Source of the DNA: Camelus ferus
Taxonomy: Eukaryota
NCBI RefSeq assembly: GCF_009834535.1
Contig: NC_045697.1
Coordinates: forward strand, 90,584,001-90,648,000
Direction of reading: 5' to 3'
DNA: 64,000 nt
Shown: positions 1 through 14,433 of the stretch, in pieces
Numbering within the stretch: the first letter of the stretch is position 1
Layout: the number at the start of each line of letters is the position of its first letter
Translations under genes and position numbers: made by a program
Notes under the pieces: model-generated
Seen by the model: only the letters and a program-made list of their open reading frames with translations
Told to the model about the DNA's origin: nothing
Databases searched by the model: none

Positions 1-1685
1 ATAAACCCTGCCAGGAGACTGCCCTATACCAATGGGTTGGAATATGAAAAACTGAGTTGTTTTGAAAGTATGGGTTTATAAGAATTCGAGAATGTCCAGA
101 ATGGGACACTTTAGAGTGTCGTGGCAGGGTAAAACAGCTGCCTTTAGACTTTTGTAGTAGCTCAAAATGCAAAAGAAAAGGCACAGATAATACAATGGTA
201 AGATAGTGGTAGGGCGGCAGTTAGAGAGCAGAGAGGAGGGCCCAGCTAAGGAACTGAGCAGAGGCTGCTCCATCACATTCTGATGCCAGCCTCTGATGCC
301 ACCAGCTAAATGAGTTAGGCAGATAGAGACAGTTTCCTGTAGAGGTTTTACCCTGAAGCCAAAAATAGAACTGTCACTGCTAAGCTCCGGATTGAGGTTG
401 TGCTGGATAGGGAAAGCTCTAGCCAATTTCTTTATTACGTGGGTGGGAGTGGGGAGGGGAGTAATTCCTATCCTAGAGAACTTGGTTTGGTAAGTTAGAA
501 TGAATTTGAAGATCCTCCTCCTCCTCTGTTCTGAGCTTCAAGTCAGAAACAGCCCTAGCCACCTCTTTACCCAGCTCTCTTACTGCTCGTGTTAACCACT
601 CTGTACCAGATTCTTTCCCTCATTCCATCTGTTTTACATAACCATGAACGGTAGGTATTATGAGTCTCACTTGTTCAGACTGGGAAATAGAGTATTGTGA
701 GATCATGCACAAGCACCCCCTCCATGTCATTCACGTGTCCATGTATCTCCAACATTGTGCGTGTGGTTTATAATTGAACTGGTGGCCCTGGGATTTTCCC
801 CACATTTGTCTCAGTGCCAAAGCCTGTGCGTTTCCCTCTTCGCCACTGCCTTTTACAAGTGAGAAAAGTGCTGTCCCCCTGGAAGATAGGGTGGGGCTTA
901 TACCCCAGGAACATGTGTTTCCAGCAGGGAGAGAGCATCCTCCTGTGATGGCTGCAGTGAACAGCGGGGATCTAAGCAGAAGACACCATGAAGTAGTGGA
1001 GACGGGAACTTGGTAGCTAAGGAGATGGATGCGCCCTAGCAGGTTCTACTGCCTGTGTGTCCTTGCACAAGTTACTTCACTTCTTGAACCTGTTTACCCA
1101 TTGGTATAATGGGAATGATAAGACCTGCTTTGTAGAGTTTTACAAAGCTTCAAGGAGAAAGTGTTAAATCCATTTCTTTCTTTCCTTTCTCCTACTTTCT
1201 TTCCTTTCTCTAGCACTTAGGGATATCTTTTTGTCACAAGAGTTGGAGATTCAATTGAGATCTGGGTAATACTGGAAAGTGTCAAGAATGTAGCATTTCT
1301 TTCTGTGGGGCCTAGGTACTGCACCAACTACTTTATTTGCATTAATTTTATTTAATCCTCAAAATGAGCCTGAGAAGGGCTTAGTGATTTTGGTTCCCTT
1401 TTACACAGAAAGGAAATTGAATCCTAAAGGGGGTTAAGTGATCTCCATACAGACGTGAATAGTCAGTATGATGATTACTTGTGAATCCCGTGAAAATCTC
1501 TACTTGACCCATGCTAGAACCCCAGATCTAGACATCAAAGTCTTTAATTTGTAATGCAACCTTCCTAGCAACCATTTTACACAGCTATACTCCCAGTTAA
1601 CACACACCATTTTCACATTCATTACACATAAAATGTAAAGATGAACAGCTTCTTTTATGTCATGTATTGTTTGATTATGTTATAA

Positions 1686-1793
<108 letters not shown>

Positions 1794-3469
1794 TAAGTAC
1801 TTCTTTGAGTTGAATCTCAAGTTTTAAGTATATGCTTCCAAATCACCTTTTGCAGTTAATAGTGTTCTTTGGTTGGCAAGTTAGTTGTTTGGGGTTTTTT
1901 TCTTCTTTTTCTTATTATTTTCTCATCCTTCAAACTGGCTTTTATTTTACAGCTCTAGGCAGTTTTTCATTTGATACATTGCTTTTTCTTTTTTGGTCTC
2001 ATATGTTACTTTTGTGAAATAGTGATGTAACCACCATTATATTCTGATTTGATATATTTCTGTAGGGGCAGATTTCTTCAGAACAGATACAGAAAAGAGT
2101 AAGAAGACTTTAAATACATTTTTTTGTGATTATAAGACTGTTGTCAAGTTCACTATCCTACAGTGTGATACTTTTTCCTTAAAGATTTTTTTAGTAAAAC
2201 AATGTATGCACTATGAAAATAAATAAAAAACACAGTGGAGAAGGTAATCAACTATTTAGTTTTATGTATATCCTTCCATGTATTTTCTATACAATATGGA
2301 TATACATACTCTCTTTTTTTTTTTTTTACACATGTGGGCTCATATTATGCATATTTTTCTGCTTCTTTCTTTTCTAACCTTGCAGTATGTGATGCATCTT
2401 TCTTGATCTGAAGGAGGAAATTTGAGGTAACCATTTAACATTTGAACATGTAAAATTATGTAAGATAGATTTTTCTCTTTGTGGGATTTTTGTAAGTCCC
2501 AGTACTTCAGAGGGCTAATATGATACCTTTGCTTTCAAAGCCTTAAGAGTGTATCAATATCAAAATCCGAATTCAGTTTATACATTTTTCCAAGCCATAG
2601 TGGTATCAGCTATATGTTTATCTAGAGTGGATCTTTGTTGTCACTGTCCTCAAAGCTGCCTAAAGGAATTTTCTGTGATTGTGCCATCTGGGAAAATTGT
2701 CTAGTTTGCAGTGTTTTTCTCCAGGAGCCTCTTGGGAGACACCTCTCTCTGAAATGCAGTTACTTAAGAGCATTTTCCAAATGTGTGAACTACAAAATAT
2801 TGGGCAGCAACATTCAGTGCTTTTACCTTTTACTAATAAGGAAATTTTTAACCAATGAAGAATAAGGATATGGTTATAAACTACCTCTTTAAATTTATAC
2901 TAAATAAGCAAACCTTGCTATATTTTGCCTTATTGAAGCTTTCTATTTTTATTTAAAAAGAAAAGAGATAATCAAAGATTAAATTCCTTCAATGATTTCC
3001 GTGCATGAAGACAAGCAATTGAAATTGTTCTGCAAATTCCAATGGAGTAGGCTGTGGGCAGAATTTCATGTTGAAATTTAGCTCCCATTGATTTGGAAGT
3101 ATCTCCAAACTGACACCAAATTTAAGTAGTTTCTTCTTGTTCAAGTGAGAATTTGAAAGGCAAACTAAGATAATAAATGTGAAGATCCAATGAGTACTTA
3201 AAACCAAGAAGCAGTATGGATCCAAGATACTGTCAATTGTCATTTTGCAGTAATTTTTTATCACAAGTTTTTTTCTGATTATGAAAGATATCAAAGGCCC
3301 ATTATGAATAATTATGAAAAGACTAAAAAGTCCAAAAGCCTATATTGTCTTTTTCAAGTTTTAAGCTGGTTAGTTCCCTGTGAGCCACACACAAAAAAAA
3401 CTGATTATACATTAATAAAGTTTAATGTTGTGATCAAATTAAAGATACAGGTTTCCTTCATTCTTGCTG

Positions 3470-4090
3470 GCTAATCCACCAGCAAATCCTAATCAGCCTG
3501 TCTTCAAAACATACCTCAAATCTATGCACTTCTCTCCATCTGCACTATTACCTTGTCCAGCCACTGCCCTCTGTCACTACTGTAGTAACTTCCTAACTGG
3601 TTTCCTTGCCTCCATTCCTGCCTCTCTAATTTCCAAAGTTAGAGTGATCTTTCTGCATTGTTATCTGGCTCCTGCATACCTTTCTGATCTCAGATCTCAA
3701 ACCACACCGCCCCTGTGTACTGTTCTGCAGGCACCCTGGCCAAGCTTGTTTCCACCCTGGGCTTTTGCACTCTGGCCTCTTCCTGGACCGTTTTGACATC
3801 GGGATCTCAGCTGAAATGCCCCATTCTCAGAGACTCTCCTCTAACCATTTGATCTAAAATAGCTGACCAGTCACCTCATCCACGCACATGGTCCTGATCT
3901 CTGCATAGTGCTTTGGACAAGTTCATGTTTTTACTTTTTGTTCATTTGTTGTCATTCTCCAGTAGAATGTGAGCTTCATGGGAGCAGAGACCTTGTCTTT
4001 TGTCTTGATATTTTTACTGCTGTAAAAATTACCTCCAGCAATGAGAATAGTGCCTGGAACATAGTAGCACTCAAGTAATTGGCTTAATGA
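3470..4090 (+). mobile_element. L2 LINE 3' fragment(s), ancient; boundaries approximate
   Basis: Typical L2 3' motifs (agaatgtgagcttcatgggagcagagaccttgtc...agtgcctggaacatagtagcactcaa). Confidence 0.65.
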
Positions 4091-4892
4091 ATCAGTGAAT
4101 ATTATCCTGATATATTAATGGTATATATACCCTTTATTGTGTTATCCAGTGGGCTGTTCCAATGAGCGGTTGTAGACAATGCTGTATTACTTTCACATGG
4201 CTAAAGACGAGTAGTTGTTTTTTTTTTTAAGTTCTTAAACAGTTATGCCTTCATTAGTGAAGAGGGGAGGAAATAACTTAGGCTAATTATGTGTTTACTG
4301 TATACCAGTAAGTAATAAGCACAATAAGTACTTAAACTTAACTATGTACTAGTTACTTTGCTTGTGAGTTAGATAGTATTATCCCCATTTGGAAACAAAA
4401 GTTCAGAGAAAGGTTAGATGATTTTCCCTAGAGATCTACCTAGTAAAAAAAGCAGCGAGAAGCATCAAAGCCAGATCTGTTCTATTACAAACCTCAAAAT
4501 CTCTTTATCATACTATGTTACCTGGAAGATATCGGGAGTTGTAAATGGTTGAGAGATGGTCAGAGGTAAAAGCAACTTATTTTTTGCAGAAAGGGTGCTT
4601 CAGCCATTCTATTATACCACTTGTGTTATCCCTGTGGTTCTTCCATGGTACCATCTACTCAAAGGTTTTAGGGTAAAAAAAAAAAATAGGTTTTAGGGTA
4701 AAAAATATCAATGGGGTGAATTTCTTAACATGCTCCATCAGTAACATTACAGTGGTAATTCCTGTTTAGGGAGAAGGAGTGGAAAGAGAGCCTGTGTTGT
4801 GGGGAGAGATCCAGTCCCCTTAGGAGCACACAAGAAAGAGATGACCACCATTTCAGTATGTTGTTCTGACTTCACGGCTCTTGTTTCTTCAG

Positions 4893-5082
4893 TGCCTTTT
4901 GCCAGGTTGAGAATGTTCCTCGTTTGGATCATTTTTTCGACTTATTCTTCCAAAGAGCACTTCAGCCTGCTAAGCTACATTCCAGTGCCAGTCCCAGTGC
5001 ACAGCAGTATGATGCTTTCAGTGCCGTGCTTGTAGACAATCTCCCTGGAGTTCGGTGGCTCACACTTCCACAGGAAATCAGG
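4893..5082 (+). CDS. INTU: INTU coding exon
   Basis: cttcag acceptor, AGG|gtaatt donor; [63 protein letters not shown]. Confidence 0.95.
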
Positions 5083-5422
5083 GTAATTTTAGGTGTCATA
5101 AATAAGAATCAGAACCAGTTGCCTTGTAATTCTTTATCTTTTTTTTCTTTAGGTTTTTTGTTATTTTGAGGATTGTGGGAGAGAGTTAAAGGGGCAATTG
5201 GTTGATAAAAGTAGGAGGGTCCAGTGCAGTGGACTTTTTCTTTCTAAATAGAAATTATCTCTCTCATCTTACTCTAACATTTAAGCTTTGTCCAAACTTG
5301 GAATACTTCTCAGAAATCATAATTATATGACATGTCCTACTTTTAAATTTTGTGATTTTGATTTTTACAGAGGAAGGTCATCTAGTTAGGTTTATGTTTC
5401 TATATAATTAAAGGTAGATGGA

Positions 5423-5621
5423 CTGGGATTTCAAAATGTAGAATAGATAAACAAGATTATATTGTATAGCACAGGGAAATATATACAAGGTAGCTCACAG
5501 CGAAAAAAAATGTGACAATGAATATATGTATGTTCATGTATAACTGAAAAATTGTACTCTACCCTGGAATTTGACACAACATTGTAAAATGACTATAACG
5601 CAATTAAAAAAATGTTAAAAA
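5423..5621 (+). mobile_element. 5'-truncated L1 3' end with A-tail and 13-bp TSD
   Basis: TSD aaaggtagatgga at 5410-5422 and 5622-5634; L1 3'UTR motif tatagcacagggaa. Confidence 0.85.
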
Positions 5622-7417
5622 AAAGGTAGATGGAATGCCTGGTTAACAATATTCTTAAGTAAAATACAAACTCCATTAATAATAGAAAAATCTTTGTTTT
5701 ACATGAACATATATAATTAGCTTTGCCTTGTCCCATAGATAGCTTAACAAAGGTAAGACTTCATAACAGTTAAGTATTATCAATGTGATTTTAGTCGTTC
5801 CTGTAGATCCAAAATATCTTTACTGCTGAATGACTGGAAAGATCATTTCAGACATTTTCATCAACAGTAATCTATTTAGCAACAGTGTTCGTATTAGTAT
5901 TAAATGAGGCACTATGCCACAGCCAGTTCCCAACCATGGAGAAACCCAGGCTATATTGTAGTAAAATCCCAATGCAAGATTCTGCTCTTCATGAAATTCT
6001 ACCATGTCTGATCAAATAAATACCTTCTGACAGTTTAGTAATAATTTAAACTGATATATTAGCCACTTTGTTCGATTTCCTCATCTGTAAAATGGGGACC
6101 ATAATTGTACCTACTTCATAGAGAAGTGACGAGTTATTACAATAAAGTGCTAAGAATCATGCCTGGCATGTTGTAGCTATAGCTGTAGTTCTGAGAGTAT
6201 TATTGTACAATGATTATTAGGAAGGAGTTGAGGTTGTTAGAGCATGTGTAAAGGAAACTTCACCTTCAGGTCTTCTTATTTTGTCCTTGCCTTTGTCACT
6301 TGCCCCACTGCTGCATCTTTTGTACCTCAGGCCAATAATGATCATTTTCTTAGGTCATAGAAAAACTAAAAAGTGTGAAATATGTAATTCTACTGCCATC
6401 AGCGTTTTCATAAGAAATTATATGGGTTCAAAATAGAAAGTAATTAGATAACCTTACTTTTAAGAAGGAAAGACCCTGGTTCCAAAAATTCTGTCTTATG
6501 CCCATTCCAGGGCCTTTTTTCTGCTGAAAGACACAAGGCAGATTTTGTGGGTCAGAGGTGCCATGTCATGAGCCTCCCAGTCTGGTCTTGCAGTTGCCCA
6601 AGTTCTTTCTCCTGTCTTCGAATCTCTTCACCAAAGAACCCTCTTCCCTCAAAATATGCGATCTCTTCTACGAGAGTAGAGGCATTTAATGTTTTTAGGG
6701 GCAATGTCTTTCGACTTTGGATATGTTAAGATCAAATATGTCTCCCTTCTAAGAACTTCAGGACACCTTAAAATATAGCCTGTTTTGGTCTTTCAAATTC
6801 CATGTGAAGACTACCTCTTGTATTCAGATTTCTCTGATTGGCTTTTTTTTTTTTTTTCTAAATTTACCATATATTTGATAAAAAGGACTGTATGCTTTTA
6901 TTTATTTCAACCTAAAAGAATATCAAACTGAGACATCACTGTGTGAATTCTGGTGTATATATATCTTTAATCTGTTGCCTCAAATCATAGCTGTTGCTTA
7001 AGTCTGACACTCCTGTAGGACTTGTGCCAGGTACTCAGAGTTGTGCTCTGCTTTGGGAATCTGGAAAAGTCCTCTGGATGCTCAGTTGGGTAGGTGGAAT
7101 TAAAACACAGGAAACAATAAGGGTACAGCATAAGCATTTTCTATATTTTGTAGTCTGGGTAAGAGAATCAAGAAGGATGGTTTGGAAAGAGATCAATACC
7201 ATCTGATAAAGTGATCTAAAAGTTTCTGATGACTGTAAAGTTTGAAAAACATAATAACCCTTGAAGTTTTTGTTTTTGTTTTACCAGCAAACTCAAAGAG
7301 CTTACTTTCTTTTTCCCTTTGAGATTTCTTACTGTGTTAAAAATAATAGGGTTTATTGAATATATATCTTCTAATGGAAAAGATTAAGGAATTTTATGCC
7401 TTAAGAAATCTAGTTAA

Positions 7418-7421
<4 letters not shown>

Positions 7422-7460
<39 letters not shown>
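7422..7460. repeat. (GT)n microsatellite
   Basis: About 19 perfect GT units. Confidence 0.97.
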
Positions 7461-7461
<1 letters not shown>

Positions 7462-8460
7462 TAACTTGTGCCTGATAAATTTTAGTTGGAAATAGTTATT
7501 TTTAACTAGGAAAAAACATATTGTTCTGAGTTTAGTAGATAATGAAGTCTCACTTCAGTTTTCTTTCCCAAGTGTTTGAGAATTTCCTTATTTTGTTTTT
7601 TGGTCAGAATTTTTAAAAAAATGATTTTTCCTAAGGTATGCTGGAATAATTAAGAGAAAAGAAATTTTACCTTTTAATATGAAGAAACAATCAAAGCAAC
7701 CTTGTATATTAGCCTATAGACTTTAGCGGCAAGAACCTGTTAAACATTAACATTTCTGAGGTCAGAAATCACAAGTGGGTAATTTTCTTTTTGTCCTGTA
7801 GTTTTTCACAAGGGAAACTGTAGCCACAAAGAGGAGAACATGAAGTATTTGCTAGATGCAGAAAAATGTAGGTCACAAATGAGTAATAAGTCATACTGGG
7901 TGAAAAGCATTGAAAGGCATAACTAATGTTTCCAAAGCTTTTGTCATCTCAGTAAGACACAGTTTGTGAAACAGTCCTGCAGAGAGTGCCTTGGCCTTTA
8001 AAAAAAAAAAGGATCATTTTTCACAAATACCATATATGCTACAAGCTTCAACTGTCAATAATTTTCAATTTTTAAATATGCATTACAGATTAAACTGAAG
8101 ATTAAATTTATTCTGTTTTTAAATTTTGAATGCTTCAGGGAGGGACAAATACATGAAAGAGTTCAGACAATTTCCATAGAAACAAAAGCTAAATCCAAAG
8201 TAAGAGATTTTTCTAATAACTCTGTAGGGTAGTTAAACCGTGCCAGATTCCAGGGGAACACTTGCCTTCATGTTTTAATCCATGAATAAAGATTAACAGT
8301 CTTTTTATACAAAACATAAGAGAGAGATGGGAAGAATGTTGATAATTTCCAAGACTCCAGCTGTTGAGAAATATATAGGAAACAGAACAATAAAAACAAG
8401 TCAAAGTAGATTGGTTACATTAGGATTTTTTTTTTCGCTTAAGATTTTTAATAGGTTAAA

Positions 8461-8584
8461 TTTTTTTTCTATTTATTTATTTATTTTTAAATTGAAGTAC
8501 AGTCAGTTACAATGTGTCAGTTTCTGGTGTACAGCACAATGTTCCAGTCATGCATATACATACATATATTAGTTTTCATATTCT
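8461..8584 (-). mobile_element. Short L1 3' end fragment
   Basis: T-rich tail then ttgaagtacagtcagttacaatgtgtcagtttctggtgtacagcacaatg, the reverse complement of the L1 3' end at 18966-19367. Confidence 0.75.
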
Positions 8585-8904
8585 TGGTTAAAAAAGTTTC
8601 TAACTTAGAACTGGAAAGCAGTTTTTTAACCTCATAAATTAGTTTGCGTTGAATAAAGAGTGAAGCCCATTTTGAAATAATTGAGATTTAACTGAAAAAT
8701 GCCTATATGTGAAATAAATTAATTTTTTGTAATTGCAAAGCTTGAAAACAAGATCTTCCATTTGGGGACATCTCTTAAATAACACAAAGGAGAAAGAGAT
8801 CTTTATTTAATTCTTCAAGTAATTATTAAGCACATTTATATGGCCGTTACTAAAAAGTAAGTAATATGAGTTAAATGTATTATTCTTTTTTTTTCCCCAC
8901 ATAG

Positions 8905-8958
8905 ATGGAATTAGATACAGCACTGAGTGACTTGGAGGCAGCAGATTTTGCAGAACTG
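8905..8958 (+). CDS. INTU: INTU coding exon (54 bp)
   Basis: polypyrimidine tract + atag, CTG|gtaaga; MELDTALSDLEAADFAEL. Confidence 0.93.
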
Positions 8959-11929
8959 GTAAGAGAAGCAGTAGATTTTAGGAAAGGTTCAATATTAATT
9001 TCTTATTTTGTAAATCAGTCATTATTCTAAATATTTTCCAAGGCGGCATGTAATAATCTTGAAATATGTAACATTAGGTGTCTATTGAAATGGACAAAAT
9101 CCATTTTGCTGCCTTAAGATTTTCTATTCAGTTAAAAATATTTTTTACATAATATATATATGTAATGACTAATTACATGAGTATCCTTAAAAACTGGGCT
9201 TTGAGAGAAAGGACATACATGTAATACTGATTATATTAAGTAAAAGCACTGTAGACCTGAATTTAAGTTGGGAGTATGGTTTTTAATCTTTTAAAACATG
9301 AGTTTGTTTTTTTTTTAAACCACGAGTTTATAATGTTACTAAAGAAAAAAAGAAACTTTTTGGTCAGCTTTGAGGGATGCTAAGGAACCAGTTCATTACT
9401 GTGGAAACTGGTGATTAAGGAGAAAGAATCAAATATTTATCTGCCTTTCCTATCTGAACCATACCTCAGGGTTGCCAAATAGAGATGAGGGGGAGTTTCT
9501 CTTTGTGGAAGTGGTCTACCTAATATATTAAGAAAGAATGTCAGAATTGGAATATCATTTTATAATCCCTCACTGAGTTAATGGATCTAAGCAGTGATCA
9601 TCAGTAGCTGTTAACATCACAAAAGGAAAGACAACAAGATAGTATGTGGTTCCTAAAGGGGAACACACAAACCCCCTATGAAGTATACTTGATCCTGCCT
9701 CAAGATCTAACTACCAATTTACTGGAAATGCCAGGAGGAAAGGGACATGTTAAAATATCCCATTTGAGGGAGGAAGATTGCAATCAGCAAAATCCAGACT
9801 GGGAAACACACAGGACAGTTTCTTCAACAAATAAATTAGAAGGCGGCTGAGGAGAGGTTGAGAGAGAACCTCTCAGTTACAAGAGGCTTAATAAACATAT
9901 CAACCAGTTTCAATATGGACCTTACTTGGATCCAGATTCAAACAAACAAAATTTTAAAAACATCTATGAGGCAATCAAGGAATTGATAACTGGCTATTAG
10001 GTGAGAATAATCCTATAGATAAGGTCATGGTATTATGGTTATATATTTTGTTAAAGTCCTGTTTTAGAGATACATTCTGAACTATTTACAGATGAAATGC
10101 CAAAACATCTGGGATTGACTCTGAAATAATTCAGTAGGGAGAGGGGAGAAGGAGAAGGAGATATAGATGAAACAAGATTAGCTTCAGGTCATTGTGGAAG
10201 CTGGGAGTATGGGTACATAGGAGCTAATTATACTACTCAATTTTTGTATATGCTAAAATTTTCAGTTGAACTCTTTACAAAGTAAATGATTGATTTTTGA
10301 ACAGAAGATTATGTTGGTATTTAAGTCCAAAGTTGAAACAAACATTGAAAGATGTAGTTACTGCATTTCTCCTGACTGGAGTGGGTATTCTTAATAGGTG
10401 GTAACTGTGTATAGCAAATTAAAACACACATGCTGCTTACATTCTGCAAATTCACGTTTCCAAATATTTAAAAATATCATTATAACTGTATTTGAATGTT
10501 TTGCTTATGCTCTTTTCCTTCTTGCCGGTCTTATTACCTGTTATCTGTGTAGGAAATTTTAACTTAAAGTATACTCAACCTGTGTTTCACAGAGTAGAAT
10601 ATATCGTACTCCCTTAGTTAACATGCTTTGAAAACATGGCTTAGTGTATTTTTCTATGCTACCGAGAGGAAAATCAATAATTTATTAATAAATTTTATTC
10701 TAAATAATTCCCCCAAAAAAGTAAATGGTAAGTTAGGAAGTAGAAGCAGTGAGGCTGGATCGTCATTCTTTAGAAGACTGCTGGTGAAAGTGGAGAGAGA
10801 GCGTTAGACTGAAGGGGTGGCCTAGTCTTAACTAAGATCCTGAGCAAATGGAAGGGTATTTTGTTTGTAAAAATACTGGAAATTTAAGCAAGGTGAACTC
10901 TTCTTAGGTCATACATTTTTTCATTGATGGAGAACGTTCAGATAGATATCAATCATTCGGGGCAGTTTAGATCTAAAATATTTAAATATCTGGGTTTTAG
11001 GAACTTACATCCAGTAGGTTTAATTAAAACTCTAATTCCTGCTTTCATCACTTTAATGAGCACAGAAAGTAACTATGGTTAGAAAAAGATCTATTGGGAT
11101 TCTTTGGATACATCAAAACACAATCCATAAAAGAAAACAAGTTTACAAATAGAGACTATAAAATGATGCAGTTACTTTGGAAAACAGTTTGGCAGTTTCT
11201 TAATTACCTAAATATACACCTACCATATGATTCTACCTTTGTATTCCTATCTAATTTCCTAAGAGAAATGAAAGCTATGTCAATACAAAGACCTGTCCAC
11301 ATGGTTTTACCTTTTCTGGAATGCCATATAAGTTGAATCATATGGTAGATAATTTTGGGGGTCTGCCTTCTTTTTTTAATTAGGAAGTTAAAATATTTAT
11401 TGTTATACAAATACTATTGAAAAATACAAAATAAAAATAAATCTAGCATTTTGCTTGACAACTCATACATCAAAGCCAGCTCTGTTCTCAGAGTTAAACC
11501 ATTGTTATCTGTTGATGAATATTCTTGGTAACTTTGTGTTTATGATCATACATTGAAGTAATTTTGTCTGACAATGTTCAATGTAGATGACACTTTCATA
11601 CTAGTAAAAGTATAAACTGATGCAACCTTTCGGAAAAGCTATCTGGCAATATTCATTAAAAAGTTATACACTATGATCTAGGAATTCAACCTCCAGAAAC
11701 TTACCAACTTAGGAAAATATCAGAGATGTACACAAAGTTTTTTTCATAAGAATGTTCTGTACAACATTATTTATACTCTGAAAAATTACCAGAAACAAAT
11801 TAAAATACCACATTATGGATGTTAAATAATACAGCCATTAAAAATAGTGTTTAGAAAACTGTCTATTGACATGGGAAAATGTTCAGGGTCATTTTATGTG
11901 GAAAAAGCAGAGTACAAAACTATACACAT

Positions 11930-12630
11930 GAAACAGTTTGCCCACACCTATTAGGATGGCTACCATTAGACAAACAGACAAAAAACAAGACAGAAAACAC
12001 CAGGTGTTGGAACTTCCTGTGCACTGTTGGGGAATGCGAAAAAGCACAAGGCGGCCCCCAAAAAATCACAACCAGAATGACCACATGATCCAGCAACTCC
12101 ATATAGTCAAAAGCATTAAAAGCAGAATCTTGAAGACATATTTGCACACCCACATTCGTAGCAGCATCATTCACAACAGCCAAAAGGAGAAAGCATCCCC
12201 AGCGTCCACCAACACAGGAATGAACAACAAAAAATCGTGGTTAATACATATAATGGGACATGACTCAGTCTCCAAAAGGAAGTAAATTCTGACATATGCC
12301 TCAATATGGATGAACCTGGAGACACTATACCAAGTGAACCAAGCCTGTCACAAAAAGACAAAATAGTACACAATTCCACCTATAGGAGATACCTAAAGTA
12401 GTCAAATTCTTAAAGACAGAAAGTAGAAGAGTGGACGCCAGGGGCTGGGGGTAGGGGAGAAGTGGAGCGTAATTTTTTAAAGGATACTGAGTTTTGGTTT
12501 TGCAAGAGGAAAAGAGTTCTGGAGATTGGTTTTACAACAATGTGAATGTACTTAACACTACTGAGCTGTACACTTAAACATGATTAAGATGGTAAATTTT
12601 ATATTATGTGTATTTGACTACAGTTAAAAA
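11930..12630 (+). mobile_element. Older L1 (L1M-type) ORF2 end/3'UTR fragment
   Basis: Degenerate ORF2 C-terminal motifs (TPIRMATI) and 3'UTR motifs (gagattggttttacaacaatgtgaatgtacttaacactactga). Confidence 0.75.
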
Positions 12631-13875
12631 TTTTAATTATAGTAATTTTTAAAAGCTTACCTATAATGAAGCAAATCAGAGAGCTTCCATACCCTCAAGA
12701 AGCTTCCAATGAATTTATTAATTCCTCATTCTTAAATATGGGCACAGTAAAGCATTACAAGGAATTTCTTTGATATAAAAGCAGTCAGAACGTGAAAAAG
12801 GATGGGCCTGACTTCTTTCACTTAGCATTTGAGATTTCTTCTTGTAATCGTGTGTATCAGCAGTTCCATCCTTTTTGTTGTTGACTAGTATTCCATTGTA
12901 TGATGGTATCACAGTGTTCACCCATTCCCCAGTTGAGGGATATTTAGATTATTTCCAGTTTTCAATTTTCCTTAGGTTTCACTGTATTTTTTTATTATAA
13001 GATTAATGCATGCATATTGGGTAAAAATGCAAGCATGGTTATTAAAAACAAATGTCCTCCTTCCTCATCCATCTCCTCCAATTCCATCCTCAGTTATATC
13101 GGCTCTTACAGTTTAGAACCTATTCTTCCAGACCCTTTTCTATACACTTACGTACTCCAATACAAAACAACACGTATGTATACATGTACATGTCTATCAT
13201 TGGAGGTGCTATTTTTAACAAAACTTAGATGATAGTGAATATTTTGTTCTACAGTAGCATTCTTTGCTGAACAATATATTCTGAAACCTTTTGTGCTTGC
13301 TTATATATATCAACTTTATTTTTTTAAACAGATGTATAATATACCGTGATGTGAACATACCTAAGTTCCTTAACCATTTTCCATTGTTGGACTTCACTTT
13401 ATTCCAATTCTTGCATATTAAAATAATTAATTATACTTTAACTTTTTATACAAAGATCTTGATTCTCTTGATTAAGTATTTCTGTAGATTTCTAGAAGTC
13501 GAATTACTTAAAAGGTATGTGTATTTAATTTTTTTTTTACTTAGTTGCCCCCAAATAGGTTGTAACAATTTGTACTTTCAAAAATAGTATATAGTAATAT
13601 TGTGTATTTTAGATGATGTATAGTAGAAGCATTTTCTCTTGGTAGGTTTCTTTCAATCCCTCATGGGTAACAAATCTTATATTCTACTCTTAGATGTCTC
13701 TAATCAACAGTATCTCACAGAAACCAAAAATAAGATTGTTCTCAGTCAAAAGTAAATATATATGTACCTTATCTTTCACCCTAATACCCTAGTATATTGA
13801 TTTCTAAAGAAAGTACTATGAACAGTTCAGTTACTAAAGAATGTAATTTCCATTTTAATTGTTTTAGCTTAACTA

Positions 13876-14027
13876 GGATTTTTTAGGTTATTTTCTTGGG
13901 AGGAGGAGGTAATTTGGTTTATTCACTCATTCATTCATTCATTTACTCTTAATGGAGGTATTGGGGATTGAACCCAGGACCTTCATGCATGCTAGGCATG
14001 CATTCTCCCATAAGCTATACCCTCCCC
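13876..14027 (-). mobile_element. tRNA-derived SINE, camelid Vic-1-like
   Basis: Reverse strand reads ggggagggtatagct...gcatgc...gtcctgggttcaatcccc (A and B boxes) plus A-rich tail; flanked by cttaacta repeats. Confidence 0.8.
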
Positions 14028-14170
14028 ACTTAACTAAATTTTTTAGATCATTTTTTATATTTTTTATATATATATATATATACACAAAATACATAGATAT
14101 ATAAAATATATAGATATATAGAGAGATCTATATATATATATATACATCTCCACTGTGTTCTTTCCCCTAG

Positions 14171-14233
14171 TCTGAGGATTACTATGACATGAGGCGGCTG
14201 TATACAATTTTGGGGTCTTCTCTATTTTACAAG
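14171..14233 (+). CDS. INTU: INTU coding exon (63 bp)
   Basis: cccctag acceptor, AAG|gtaagt; SEDYYDMRRLYTILGSSLFYK. Confidence 0.93.
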
Positions 14234-14251
14234 GTAAGTTGAAGCTTGAAA

Positions 14252-14433
14252 ATTTTTTTCTTTCTTTGAAGTTTTTTATTGAAGTGTAGCTGATTTAGAA
14301 TGCTAGCTTCAGGTGTACAGCAAAGTGATTCAGTTATACATGTACATACATATATATTTTATTTCCAGATTCTTTTCCATTATATGCTATTATAAGAAAT
14401 TGAATATAGTTCCCTGTGCTATATAGTAGGTCC
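14252..14433 (-). mobile_element. L1 3' end fragment with 12-bp TSD
   Basis: TSD tgaagcttgaaa at 14240-14251 and 14434-14445; motif tatagttccctgtgctata. Confidence 0.85.

Noticed and set aside
1..520. Possible old LTR relic and a 116-aa minus-strand ORF
   Set aside because: I cannot assign a family by eye, and the ORF has no recognisable similarity or splice support
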